A stretch of 64,000 nt of DNA, from contig NC_087253.1 in assembly GCF_037042905.1 (NCBI RefSeq), forward strand, positions 8,804,001 to 8,868,000. The letters run 5' to 3'. Positions 48,801 through 61,039 of this stretch are shown piece after piece. This DNA comes from Lytechinus pictus (Eukaryota). A program made the translations under genes and the position numbers. Under the pieces are notes generated by a model. That model saw nothing but the letters and a program-made list of their open reading frames with translations, was not told the origin of the DNA and made no database searches. Numbering within the stretch: the stretch's first letter is position 1; every line of letters begins with the position of its first letter.

Positions 48801-49629
48801 AAATATATATATTTACAAAATCTAGAAATTATTGCAACTTTCACGATTGTTGTGAGACCTACCCCTGGGACCACTTATTTCACAGTTACTAGGATACAGA
48901 TGGGGGTTGCATTGCATCCAAAAGTTCAATGACTGAAATAAAGAAAAAATAGAAAAATATCACAAAGGAAATGGAAGGGAAAGGGTAAAATGTAATATCA
49001 TTTTTTTTTCTTTGTTACGTTAGATTTCGTTTTTAAGATTGTATGCATTTTTTCTTGCATGCTCCACTAGCTCGCGGCAATTTTTTGAGGGTGTTTTGTT
49101 TTGTTTTGTTTTTACCCGTACGCCATGTACTGCCCCTCTCTTTTTTTCTCATTATGCGACGATTAACAGCTCTGGACTTAATCATTGACGAACAGGACAT
49201 TATGACATGTTTATTGAATTCGTATATTTTTCAAGATGGGTTAAATAGAGTAAATAACAAAACTATCATTAATCAACCTCAATCGCGAAGGGAATGCTTC
49301 TTGGGTGATAGTACATGTTGCACGAAGAATACAATTATTCACGCCATCTACGTCAGTCTCGATTGTGAAAAAAGTTTCTGAAGCATAACTCACATTGTCT
49401 GAATAAAAACTTGAATGATTTATTATGAAAAATCAAGTGACGAATACTTATCTATAGTGTGATGCCATGGGATCGCTGATGTTAGCACGTAAATTTGTGC
49501 TACGATACGGAAGGGGGCAAATTAAGAGCATCGCGCCCTCTCTCTCCCTTGTTATCTCTTTTAATCACACACACTAATAAGCCCTCACATGCGCATCTTC
49601 ACACACCCTTACACACACACACACACACA

Positions 49630-50390
49630 AGTAGACCTAACGTAAGTTAGACCCCTTCTAGAGTCTAGATGTAGGCTACAGACTACTCAAAGACCGGCCC
49701 GCGGGCCAAATCTGGCCTGTGAAGCATGTCCATGATCATCTGGCCCGCCCTTGTCACTCATGAGGAATGACCGAGTCTCTGACTCTGATCTTTTAAATTT
49801 AAGGTAGACTAGACTCTAGTCTAGATATAAACTTAAGTTAGGCCTACATCTGTGTGTAAAGAAGAGTAGATCTAGTCCAGACTATACCTAGGCCTAGATC
49901 TAGATCTAACGTTATAGTCTAGGTCTAGATCTAGATCTAACGTTACAGTAGATCTAGACCTCGGCATCTCTAGTAATATCGCAATTGACTAACAAAAAAA
50001 TATTAGTTAACGTTAGACTAGTCTCACTTATACTAGGGCAAGGTGGTGGCTACCTTTTTTTTTATTGGAGCAACTTTAGAATACCCCACCACAAAAATTG
50101 ACCAGACGTTCGTAGGGTACCCAAAGCTTCACCAATAAAGCTATAGTTTATCTGAAGACTTAAGTTTCTTAAGTAGCACTAAACCTAATCCTAACCCTAG
50201 GTATTCGACGTTTATGTACATAATTTTAAACTCTATTGGTGTGGTATTATAAAGTTAAGCCTTTTAATTCATGGTAGATTCTACCGTGAGTTAGTCATAA
50301 CTGTTACTAGTCTATGGTAAAAAAGTTATAGGGGCCTATCTGTATCTAGTCTAAGTTAGTTCTAACACTTAGACTAGGTCTAATCACATC
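49630..50390. repeat. CTAG/AGATCT/AACGTT/AGGCCT palindrome-rich tract
   Basis: Dense short palindromes, e.g. CTAGATCTAGATCTAACGTTA twice. Confidence 0.7.
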
Positions 50391-50888
50391 CGGACCCTCA
50401 AGCCAGGGGCGGCGATCCCGGGGGGGGCGGACACGTCCCCCTCAATTTTTTAAGGGGGGATCGTCCCCTCCGGATAATTTGAAAAAGTGCAAAAAAAAAA
50501 TGTATAGCAAATACTGATTAAAGGCTGCAACACATTTTTATGCTCTGGGGGGCCTAAGAGTGCATCGTTTAGACTAATAAAAATGCAAAATCTTCTCGCT
50601 CGGTCGCTACGCTCCCTCGCATAATATCCTTTAAACGTACAAGTAAATATTGTAGGTGTAACCTGGCTGCCAGGCCATGTGAATCTCCTTCTAATGCACA
50701 GTGCAACTGAGTCGGAATGGCAAAGACTAGTAGTAATGACCAAATCGAGAGGGAAATTTGGGCAGCTAGATCAGAGTAGGGTTAGTGGCTACTGTTATAG
50801 TAGTACTGTGGATGTGGCCGAGGAGTATGAGCTGTTGTAATCATATTAGATAATCCTTCATTTCCAGGTACTCCCTCACAGTCCAGTA

Positions 50889-51272
50889 ATGAAACCAAAG
50901 AAGCGACAAAGGGTGACACCCAACGTTGTGGCATCAAAATGGATCCAAGGAAAAAAAGACCAGGATCATTTTGAATGCCATTACTTTGGCCCATTAAAAG
51001 GTTTGTGTTTTAAATTATTTGTGTAATTCCATTCTAAACTGAATATTTCATTCAAATTGATACACACCATAGACTTTCAGTGTAATGTACAGTTACACAG
51101 GTGTATATAGTTCTAGCCCAACTATTAATAGAGGTGCCATGCTTTACAGAGTAGAACTTTACTTTAATTGCATTGTAGGCCGCCTAAATGCTTTTGTCCT
51201 CTTTTAGTCCGTTCCTTGCATTCTTTTCCCTTTACCTTCCTTTTCAGAATAGTATAGGGAAGGGAGGGGAAG

Positions 51273-51313
<41 letters not shown>

Positions 51314-53910
51314 ATCGTGTTCGTACTTAATGCACGATCGAGTCATCCACTCACTTTTTTTTTTATTTGCTTACAGATAAAAATTACTAACAATCTGAAA
51401 ATCAGTTTTGTTTTCACTTTTTATGTGCTTTTAGTGTTTGCCGATTGATGTGTATGGCAACATGTTTCAGTCACCAATGCACCAAAATCTAAAAGTCAGT
51501 ATGGTAGTTCATACACTCATCTTCCCCCCCCCCCCCCCAAAAAAAAAAAAAATATATATATATATATATAACAACAACAAAAAGTGGCCATTTTGTTTTT
51601 TTAACTCTAATTTTTGTTATAAGACTCTAATATTAGGTAATGAACAATATACCTAAGGGAAATTATTCCTCTTTCAGATGAGCATATATTAAGTCGTCAT
51701 CCATGCATAATGAGTTACAGTCCAATAACCATGCAAATGTGTAAAAACAAAAATATTGAATTATTCACGAACATGATATTTTGCTTGGTGATTTTGACTA
51801 ATACCATACACCATATGTTTTGATGCCTATCTAATGTAGGCATTTGGGGGGAGCATGCTGGCATGGGTATTGGACTCATCCATAGGCGATCAAAAATTAA
51901 AATTCTGCTCATCTGATTGTTTATCAAAAAATCTTTTAGGTTGAACAAGTGGCAACTTCCCTTTTTTATCTGAGTGTAATTATAGTTATTTATATAATTT
52001 CAGACTTGGAGGGAATATACAAGCTAAACATTTACATTAAGGGGAATCTGCTATAAAAGGGATTTTCCAATTCCTTTTCACATTTTAATAGTGTGTTTTG
52101 TCCAGTTGGATTGGTTAGGAATAGGCAGTTAATTCACAGGTTTTAGTTGGCAAAACAAAAATTCATAATTCAGCTATTGTATCTATACTGCCTAAAATAT
52201 TTTCAGAAAGTACTGCAATGACAAAGGACATTCTTCTTTAACCTTGAATATGTCTATAAGGGGGTTGGGGCAGGGGCTGGCATGGAAAGGGATAGGAAAA
52301 ATGTTATAGATGTTAATTGTGCCTTCAAGTAAAGTGTTTTTAATTCAATCAGTCTTTATTAATAGTTACAATTTTCTATTTCCTCCACTCTACATTACCC
52401 CCCCCCCAATTTTGCAGGAAGAGGAGTAGTTGTGACACGCGATATACAAAAAGATGAGTTTCTCTTACAGTATGCTGGAAATCTGATAAATGGCACCGAT
52501 GGAGAGAACCTTGAAATTCAGAATGCTACTGGTTTTAGATTCTTCTTTGCTGCTAAAAATGGCACAAAGATGTGGTAAGGACATCTTTAGCAAGTCCATG
52601 TATGCCTTTAAAGAAAAATATAAAACTAAAACTGAAAAACTAAACAGAAAATAGAAAGAGTGCATATATACCTCCGGCTAGGAAGAGTGCTTACTGGAGC
52701 ATGTCACAGTGTCTGTCACAATGAAAATACGCGCCTCACATTATAAGTGTACTGTACATTCACTTATTTTCATTGGACGCTAAAGGGAAATGCCCTTGGC
52801 TCTTCCATCCCTGGGGTCCATACCCCCTGGAAATTGCACATTTTTACCCCTGTGACCTTTGACCTCATGACGCCCCAAATTTTAGTATTTGTTGTGAGTT
52901 TCATCATGCACCTCTCCTGAAAGTTTGATTAAATTCTGACAAGAACTTTTTGAGTTATGCAAAACAATGAATCAACAGGACTGAAAAACAAAAATTCTTC
53001 CAAGTTCCTTGGCGGAGGTATTAACACATAATTATTCAGTGTGAAAATGAACATTATGTTCCCTAGCTCTGCTTATCTTGCATTGGATTGAGTAGTATGC
53101 TTTATTAGTATATGTAACTACATGTGTCTTGAAAGATCATTGTGTTTGTGCCGATTCTTTATTCTTTATTTCTTTCTGGTGAAAAGTTATTAGATTATAA
53201 GCTCAAGAAAAATTGAAAATTTCGGACAGCATGTTGTGAAAAATATACAATTATATGGTGTACAAATATATTGTGTGGAGATTCAAACAATTATCATTTT
53301 TTTGTCTAATTCTTCGGCAACTGTGAATTATTTTCAGATTGACATGTTTTTTAACTGCCTGTGGGAGAAAAAAAAAACTCACATTTGTTTTGCACGACAA
53401 CATGCAGCTAAACACATGACAAATTGCTCTATCTGTTGTATAATATTGTTGTAAAATGAAGTTTAGATGGATCAGTATACAGCCAGGCATACGACCATTA
53501 AAAATGTAGTTTGATTAGAAGGTATCCATGACAGACTGTCACAATTTAATTGACTGTCCGGGCCTGCGGGTGGTTTATTATAACACTATAGTCTATGGGG
53601 TAAAATGATTGTATTTACAATGACTTTCATTGTTCACACCATACCACAAACACTCTTTCAGTATGTTACATACTCTGATTGTAATGCCTTCTTACTTTTC
53701 AGCATTGATGCAACCGATGAGCCAACTGGTGGGCCAAAGCTCGGGAGATTGGTCAATCATGGCGTAGGAAAATCATCAAATGTTAAACTCCGTGTTGTAG
53801 AAGATGAAGGCACCCCTTTCTTATGTTTGTTTGCATCCAAGGACATTGAAGCACAAACCGAACTCCTGTGTGACTATGGAGTGCCATTGCAATTCAATCA
53901 GGATGAAACG
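50889..53910 (+). CDS. PR-Set7/SETD8-like SET domain over three exons (50889-51000, 52418-52574, 53703-53910)
   Basis: Spliced: MKPKKRQRVTP...GPLKG|RGVVVTRDIQKDEFLLQYAGNLI...FRFFF...C|IDATDE....KLGRLVNHG...N...LCLFASKDIEAQTELLCDYG; phases 1/1 and 2/2 fit exactly. Confidence 0.85.
52650..53022 (-). mobile_element. Helentron-associated (HINE-like) non-autonomous element in an intron
   Basis: Sub-terminal inverted TACCTCCG.C.AGGAA motifs, GACCTTTGACC core, T-rich ends. Confidence 0.5.
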
Positions 53911-54325
53911 GTGAGCTCTAGCTAGCTATTTCGTTATTTTTTAAAGATGCTCTGAACGAACATTCGATAGGTATGAATATAAATAAATACTTAAATATGA
54001 ATGCTTTTTTCCCCTTCAATTTGATAAATGCTTGCGTTTTGAAGAAGACAGTGCAGATGACAACTCAGACACAATGGTTATTAGTTAATGGAGGCGTTTG
54101 CATTCATAAACTTTCTCCGACATAGACAGTGATTATGATAATAAACTCATACTTGCCATCCGATTGCTCATCAAACAGCAGTACCGGGACAAATAAAGAT
54201 AGTCAATTAAAAGACACATGTCAAGGACTACCAGAACTTGTCACTTTCTCTCCTTTCCCACCTTCATGTTTTCAGATGATTTCCAATTACTAATTTTCTC
54301 CCATTATTTTGTTTTTTATTTGTAG

Positions 54326-56405
54326 GTGTGATATATCCTCCCACCAGAAATCGATCTGATGCTGAACAGATACTCCCTGAATCAGGACCACCTACTGGTT
54401 TGAGTAAAGGTGTGATAAATCCTCCCACCAGCAATCGATCTGATGCTGAACAGATACTCCCTGATGATGAACAGCCACTCCTAGAAGCAAGACCACCTGC
54501 TGATTTGACTAAAGGTGTGATATGTCCTCTTATCAGCAATCGATCTGATGCTGAACAGATAATCCCTGAATCAGGACCACCTGCTGATTTGAGTAGAGGT
54601 GTGATCTATCCTCCCACCGGTAATCGATCTGATGCTGAACAGATACTCCCTGAATCAGGAACACCTGCTGATTTGAGTAATGGTGTGATATATCCTCCCA
54701 CATGCAATCGAACTGGTGCTGAAAAGATACTCCTTGAATCAGGACCACCTGCTGATTTGAGTAAAGGTGTGGTAAATCCTCCCACCGGCAATCAATTTGA
54801 TGATGAACAGCCACCCCCTAAAGCAAAACCACCTGCTGGTTTGAGTAAAGGTGTGATATGTCGTCCCACCGGCAATCAATCTGATCATAAACAGCTACTC
54901 CCTGAATCAAGACCACCAGCTGATTTGAGAAAAGGTGTGATATATCCTCCCAACAGCGATCAAGCTGATGATGAACAGCCTCTCACTGAAGCAAGACCTC
55001 CTGCTGATTTGAGTGAAGGTGTGATTTATCCTCCCACCAGTAATCGATCTGATGCTGAACAGATACATCCTGATGATGAACAGCCACTCCTAGAAGCAAG
55101 ATCACCTGCTGATTTGACTAAAGGTGTGATATGTCCTCCCACCGGCAATCAATTTGATGATAAACAGCTACTCCCTGAATCAAGACTACCAGCTGATTTG
55201 AGAAAAGGTGTAATATATCCTCCCAACAGCGATCAAGCTGATGATGAACAGCCACTGCCTGAAGCAAGACCACCTGCTGATTTGAGAAAAGATGTGATAT
55301 ATCCTCCCACCGGTAATCGACCTACACGTAATGATGAACAGCCACTTCCTGAGGCAAGACCACCAGCTGATTTGAGTGAAGGTGTGATTTATCCTCCCAC
55401 AAGTAATCGATCTGATGCTGAACAGATACTCCCTGAATCAGAACCACCTGCTGATTTGAGTAAACGTGTGATAAATCCTCCCACCAGCAATCGATCTGAT
55501 GCTGAACAGATACTCCCTGATGATGAACAGCCACTCCTAGAAGCAAGACCACCTGCTGAATTGATTAAAGGTGTGATATATCCTCCCACCAGAAATCGAT
55601 CTGATGCTGAACAGATACTCCCTGAATCAGAACCACCTGCTGATTTGAGTAAACGTGTGATAAATCCTCCCACCAGCAATCGATCTGATGCTGAACAGAT
55701 AATCCCTGATGATGAACAGCCACTCCTAGAAGCAAGACCACCTGCTGATTTGACTAAAGGTGTGATATGTCCTCTCATCAGCAATCGATCTGATGCTGAA
55801 CAGATAATCCCTGAATCAGGACCACCTGCTGATTTGAGTAGAGGTGTGATCTATCCTCCCACCGGTAATCGATCTGATGTTGAACAGATACTCCTTGAAT
55901 CAGGACCACCTGCTGATTGGAGTAATGGTGTGATATATCCTCCCACTTGCAATCGAACTGGTGCTGAACAGATATTCCTTGAATCAGGACCACCTGCTGG
56001 TTTGAGTAAAGGTGTGATATGTCGTCCCACCGGCAATCAATCTGATGATGAACAGCTTCTCCCTGAAGCAAGACCACCAGCTGATTTGAGAAAAGGTGTG
56101 ATATATCCTCCCACCAGTAATCGATCTGATGAACAGGCACTTCCTCAGACAAGACCACCTGCTGACTTGAGTAAAGATGTGGTATATCCTCCCACCTGCA
56201 ATCAATCTGATGATGATGAACAGCCTCTCACTGAAGCAAGACCTCCTGCTGATTTGAGAAAAGGTGTGATATATCCTCCCACCAGCACTCGAGCTGATGA
56301 TGAACAGCCACTTCCTGAAGCAAGGCCCTCTGCTGATTTGAGAAAAGGTGTGATATATCGTCCCACCAGCAATCGATCTGATGATAAACATCTCCTCGCT
56401 GAATC
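54326..56405 (+). repeat. Coding minisatellite, 24 units mostly of 84 or 105 nt (GVIYPPTSNRSDAEQILPESGPPADLSK)
   Basis: Units counted in the 974-aa ORF; no stops or frameshifts. Confidence 0.92.
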
Positions 56406-56729
56406 GCAACCATTGGGACAACCCACTGCATCGTTATCTTTGATTACAGATGTTGTTGTAGATAGCTTCGAAGAAGACGGTAGTGATGACGACTCAGACA
56501 CAATGGTTGTTGTTAAAAGGAGGCGTTTGCATTCACAAACTTTCTCTGACATAGACAGTGATGATGATCCCTCATACGTGCCGTCTGATTGCTCACCAAA
56601 CAGGAGTGATAGTGATACTTTTCCTGTACCCGATGAAATGGAGACGGGCAATGAAGAGCCAAATGTCAAGACACAAGTCACATCTTCAAAATCAGCACAA
56701 TGCTCTGAAGAAAAAGAAAGGAAACAGCC

Positions 56730-58270
56730 ATATAAGAAGCCCTATCGCTTTTGCATGTACTGCAAGAAACATATGTCAAAACTCTCAGATCACTTAAAAA
56801 ATAAACACCGCAATGAAGAAAGAATACAATATGCACTCGGTTTACCTACAAAGGAGCGAATTGAAGAATTTGATAGAATCAGAAAAGAAGGGACCTTTGA
56901 AGTTAACAAAATCAGAGCAAAAGATGACAATCCACAATTTCAAAGAGAAAGGTCAAGCGCATCCAATTCTGTTGTAATATGTAGCAACTGTTCAGGGGCT
57001 TACTCTGCTCCATACATGAGAAGGCATAAGCATCATTGTGAATACAAGTCTGATTCCTCCAAGCCTTCAATGCACATTCCAGCATCATTTCTTTCAGTTA
57101 TGAATGATTCAGATTCGTCATTTATTTCTGAAATTCTCAGCAAGTTCAGAAAAGATGAAGTTGGCCAACTTTGTCAAAGCGATCCCATACTTCGGGAAAT
57201 AGGAAAAAGGCTGTGGTTAAAGCAGAACAAGAAGCCTGACAAAAAAACTTAAGTACGGAAGTCGGTCATGACTGACATGCGAAGACTTGCCAGACTTTAC
57301 CTAACCCTGATCTCAGTGCAGGATAATCTTGGGCCTCTTCTTGTAAAGGCAGGAAATGTATCTGACCTGATGCAACGCTCCAACTTCCAGCACCTAGAAG
57401 TAGCAGTGCAGCAGTACACTGAGAGGAGAGAAGAAAGTGAAGGCTTGGGTGTCAAAGCAGGTTTGAAGTTAGGAGTATTCTACCTCCTGACATATTTACT
57501 GCTGTTCTTGATCTTCAACACAATCAAATATTTGGCGATGCTACATATCATCTAAACAAAAGGAGGGAAGAAAAGTTACGAAGACCGAGTGGGCAGCCAT
57601 TGGAAGCTGACATTAAGGCAGTTAGAGATTACACAACCTCAAGAATCACAGAGCTACTTGAAGATACCCTGGCATTCTGGGATAGGCATCGTTTTGTTGA
57701 ATTGAGAGACTGCCTCGTATCACGACTCACATTGTTCAATGCCCGGAGAGGGGGAGAGCCTAGCCGTTTATATATCAAGTGCTGGCAAGACGCAAAGGAA
57801 GGAGCATGGCTGGACAAGCAACAGCTGGCCACATTAGACTCCATAGACAAAGCCCTTGTCGAGGATTTAAAGGTTGGGTACCAGTTGGGAAAGGGAAAGC
57901 ATTTAATCCCTGTGCTTTTTCCCACAGACACCCATGAGGCATTGGACAAGTTGATTAACAAAGAAATTCGATCGTGTGCAGGAATAGGAAACGACAACAA
58001 CTACCTATTCCCAACAACCAGTGGTTCCAATTCCAATGTATCCGGATGGCATGCCTTGGACAACATATGTGAGTGTGTAACCCTCGATGATAAGCAGTCA
58101 ATCACAGCAACTAAAAATAGACACCGTGTGAGTGTACTCTTTGCACTTTCACATATTCCAGAAAGAGAGAGATCTTTCATCTTTAAACATCTAGGACACT
58201 CACAGGAAACAAACGAAAATATCTATCAGGCACCCCTGGCACTCAAAGAAGTTAATGATGGATACAGGAG
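56730..58270 (+). pseudogene. Zinc-finger + tyrosine recombinase (integrase-type) coding region with a stop and frameshifts
   Basis: CMYC..H....H and CSNC..H...C fingers; RLTLFNARRGGEP (R), GKGK (K), ITATKNRH, HLGHSQETNENIY (H, catalytic Y at 58224). Confidence 0.82.
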
Positions 58271-61039
58271 GTGAGCTGCATTCTAGTATATCAAGTTCAA
58301 TGTATACAAGTTTGCTGGAGAAGAGCAGTATACCTAGGATGATGTCAAACAAATACTTTTATTTTTGGGATATGAAAAAGCAGTGCAAAAATTTTCCTGC
58401 TACACGAGTCCACATGAAATATTTCAAACAAAGCAAATTATGAATTATGTGATATATTGTATATGTCATGACAATCTCTCAATGTAATTTTATCGTATGA
58501 TATGCCTACTTTCCATGAATGCACTTGTAGGCCTACAACTAAAAAAAGAAATACACTCTACAGAGCTTTGTTCACAAACAAAAACAAATTTAAACAAATA
58601 TAAACTGTTCTATCAACTCAAGATAAACTCATGGATGGAGGAGGGGGGGGGCTGGGAGTAAAGTCAGTGTTTTTATTGTCTTGAATAATGCAGGTCATTT
58701 ATAGATTCATAATCATTTTCCCCCAGTTTTCATGTAAGTCGGTCACTCTGTATGTGTTTCTTTTTTCCCGTTCTTTACGAACATGCTGTAGATATAATGG
58801 ATCCTGCGACCAGCAGTGAACAAGTGAAGCCTCAAGTGAAGCCATCAGGTACCATATAGATTTCATGTATATATAATTGAATTGCCTATCAAAAATGAAT
58901 TTATATGAGACAGATTTGTTTGTCATCTTATCATGTTATACAGCTGCTCTTTATTACGAGCAGGAATAGTTGAGTTTGAAGGATAATTTCCTGATAAAAA
59001 ATATTGATAGTCACCATGCAGTGTCTTAATTTACTACCAAAGGCATTACAAAAGCATATTAATAGATAATAGTATTCACTGCTAGCATCAAAGAAAGAAT
59101 TGATAATGTATACAGTGCTTGATTTTTTAAATTGTTTTTAGCTAAATCTTACTTATTAGATGCAGGTATTCGAATATTCACTTCACTTGCATTTTGTTTT
59201 TTCAAACTTTATTATTCAACAATCTCATTTCATTAATTAATTACCTATAAATGTAAATATGGTTACAAACTTTCAAGAGAAATTCTAAAGTGTCTGGTGA
59301 ACAGATTGAATCATCTGTATTCCACTTTTTGCTATATTTCAAAAATTTCATTTGCCAATATGAAATATGAAAATGAAGTTTCCACACAAACCCATAAAAG
59401 TTATATATAAAATGCAGAAAAAAGCAGAGTCAATCAATATTCAAAACCAAATTTTATCGAGATCCAACTTTTTAATGGTAGTATTAAATTTATTTGTCTC
59501 CCTATCTCTCTCTCTCCATCTCTCTCCCTCCCTCTGTCTTCCCTCTCTCTTTGGTTGTGAAGGTCGTAACTATACACAATGGCGGAAATCTGATGAAAAG
59601 GAGCTGTTGGCACATTTCAAAGAATATATCAATGGAGAAGCAACAAAGAAGCTTCCGGGTATGTTACCATATTAGATAGTATATGCCACTTTGCAGAGAA
59701 ATGTAAGGTTTTGAGAGAAAAAGGGAACAATATTTCCAACAACTTAGTAGTATATTTCAATATAGATTTTTATGAAAATTTTGTGTTATATTCCTTGACA
59801 GATAAATAGATATTTGTCAAGGTGAATCTCCCAATGAATTTGTCTATATCACTTTAAAAATCCTATCCTTATCCATAATTATTTTGTACCCTGTATGGTG
59901 TAAGGTATTCAATTAGTAAATTTCAGGATCTTCCACTGGGTATTTTGTCTGCATGCATAAAAGTTATGAATTACAACAGCTTAGAATTTCTTATAACAAT
60001 CATCCATCAAATGAGCCTCATATTGCACATACACTTACAGATAATCCATATATCAAATTCACTTATCTTATCAAATTGCCTGTGACGCTTATTACTCACA
60101 TACAAAAAAAAATTCTTAGAACTTTTCCTTTTATGAATCAAAACAAAGTCAGCTTTATAATATAAATGCTTTTTTTTTTTAGGTAATCTTTTGAATTCAA
60201 CCCAAATAAAGACAATATTCAATAAATAGAAGATTAAAAGCTTGCCAATTGTGGGAGCATAAAATGGAGAAGAGTTCAATTTTGATTTGGGCATTTCTCT
60301 GATCACTTGGAGTACCTTTAACAGCCAAAACATTATCTTGTATGTCCCATTCATTAAAACGAACTTTAAGTTTTCTTTGTTGCACTATTTTCTTTTTCTT
60401 CTTCTTCTTTGGTTGGTTTTGTTTGGCAATTAGTCACAATTGACTGTTTTGGGCCCTCAAATTGCAAAGTCTTCGCTAAATTATGCTTTTTATCACCCAA
60501 CATAAACGAAAGGCTTGTTGATAATTTATTACGGCTTGCCTGTTCATGCAAATGAGATGTCAAAGTGTTTGCCAAGGTATAATATTTGCTTGATCCAGGT
60601 AAGTGGGCAAGTGGGTTTGTAGAAAAACTGTGTGTAATAAATAACCACTTTTGACAGTGTAAAGCATGTCACCTCTTCATAAAGAATATTGAGTTACAAC
60701 CTCACTATAAGAGTAAACTCCTTGAACTATATGTTGTTGTTCACAAACAAGATTGAGGGTAACAAAGTTGCAAGATACACCTTTGCCTGACAAGATGACA
60801 CAGTAATGTATTATTTCAGGCAAATGCGGGAGTTTACAATGTCTCTCATTTCTCCAACATATTTATATCCCCTTTCATATATACAGGAAGGAAGGAAATC
60901 ATTATATTCCTGAAAGCACACCCATCGTTTCCTCACCCTTGGCAGACAGTGCGCAAAAAAATGATGAATGTAGTGTACAACAAAAACAAAAGATTCCCTA
61001 AAGTAGTGTAACGGGCCAAAACAGGAATTTTCATTTCAT

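Larger units (their letters stand above)
50889..61011 (+). pseudogene. Multi-exon SET domain - repeat - zinc finger - tyrosine recombinase - Myb/SANT-like gene (Crypton-like element), disabled; exons 50889-51000, 52418-52574, 53703-53910, 54326-58270, 58792-58848, 59563-59658, 60887-61011
   Basis: GT-AG exons with matching phases except exon 3->4; SET motifs, two Zn-finger-like motifs and YR motifs; lesions are TAA at 57250, a frameshift at ~57489 and a probable frameshift at ~58254. Confidence 0.75.

Noticed and set aside
48161-48814. ATATATATTT direct repeats as a TSD of the H1 orphon
   Set aside because: Low complexity, and 48183-48194 pairs with 47100-47111, so that flank seems to belong to an older structure.
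48469-48874. Minus-strand F/A/L-rich ORFs
   Set aside because: Antisense of the Lys/Ala-rich H1 tail.
48257-53910. Functional linkage between histone H1 and the neighbouring SET gene
   Set aside because: H1 is a truncated, frameshifted orphon among unrelated insertions; nothing shows it lies inside the element.
54326-56405. Regular repeats as a CRISPR array
   Set aside because: Contiguous coding units without unique spacers, no cas genes, and a spliced eukaryotic context.
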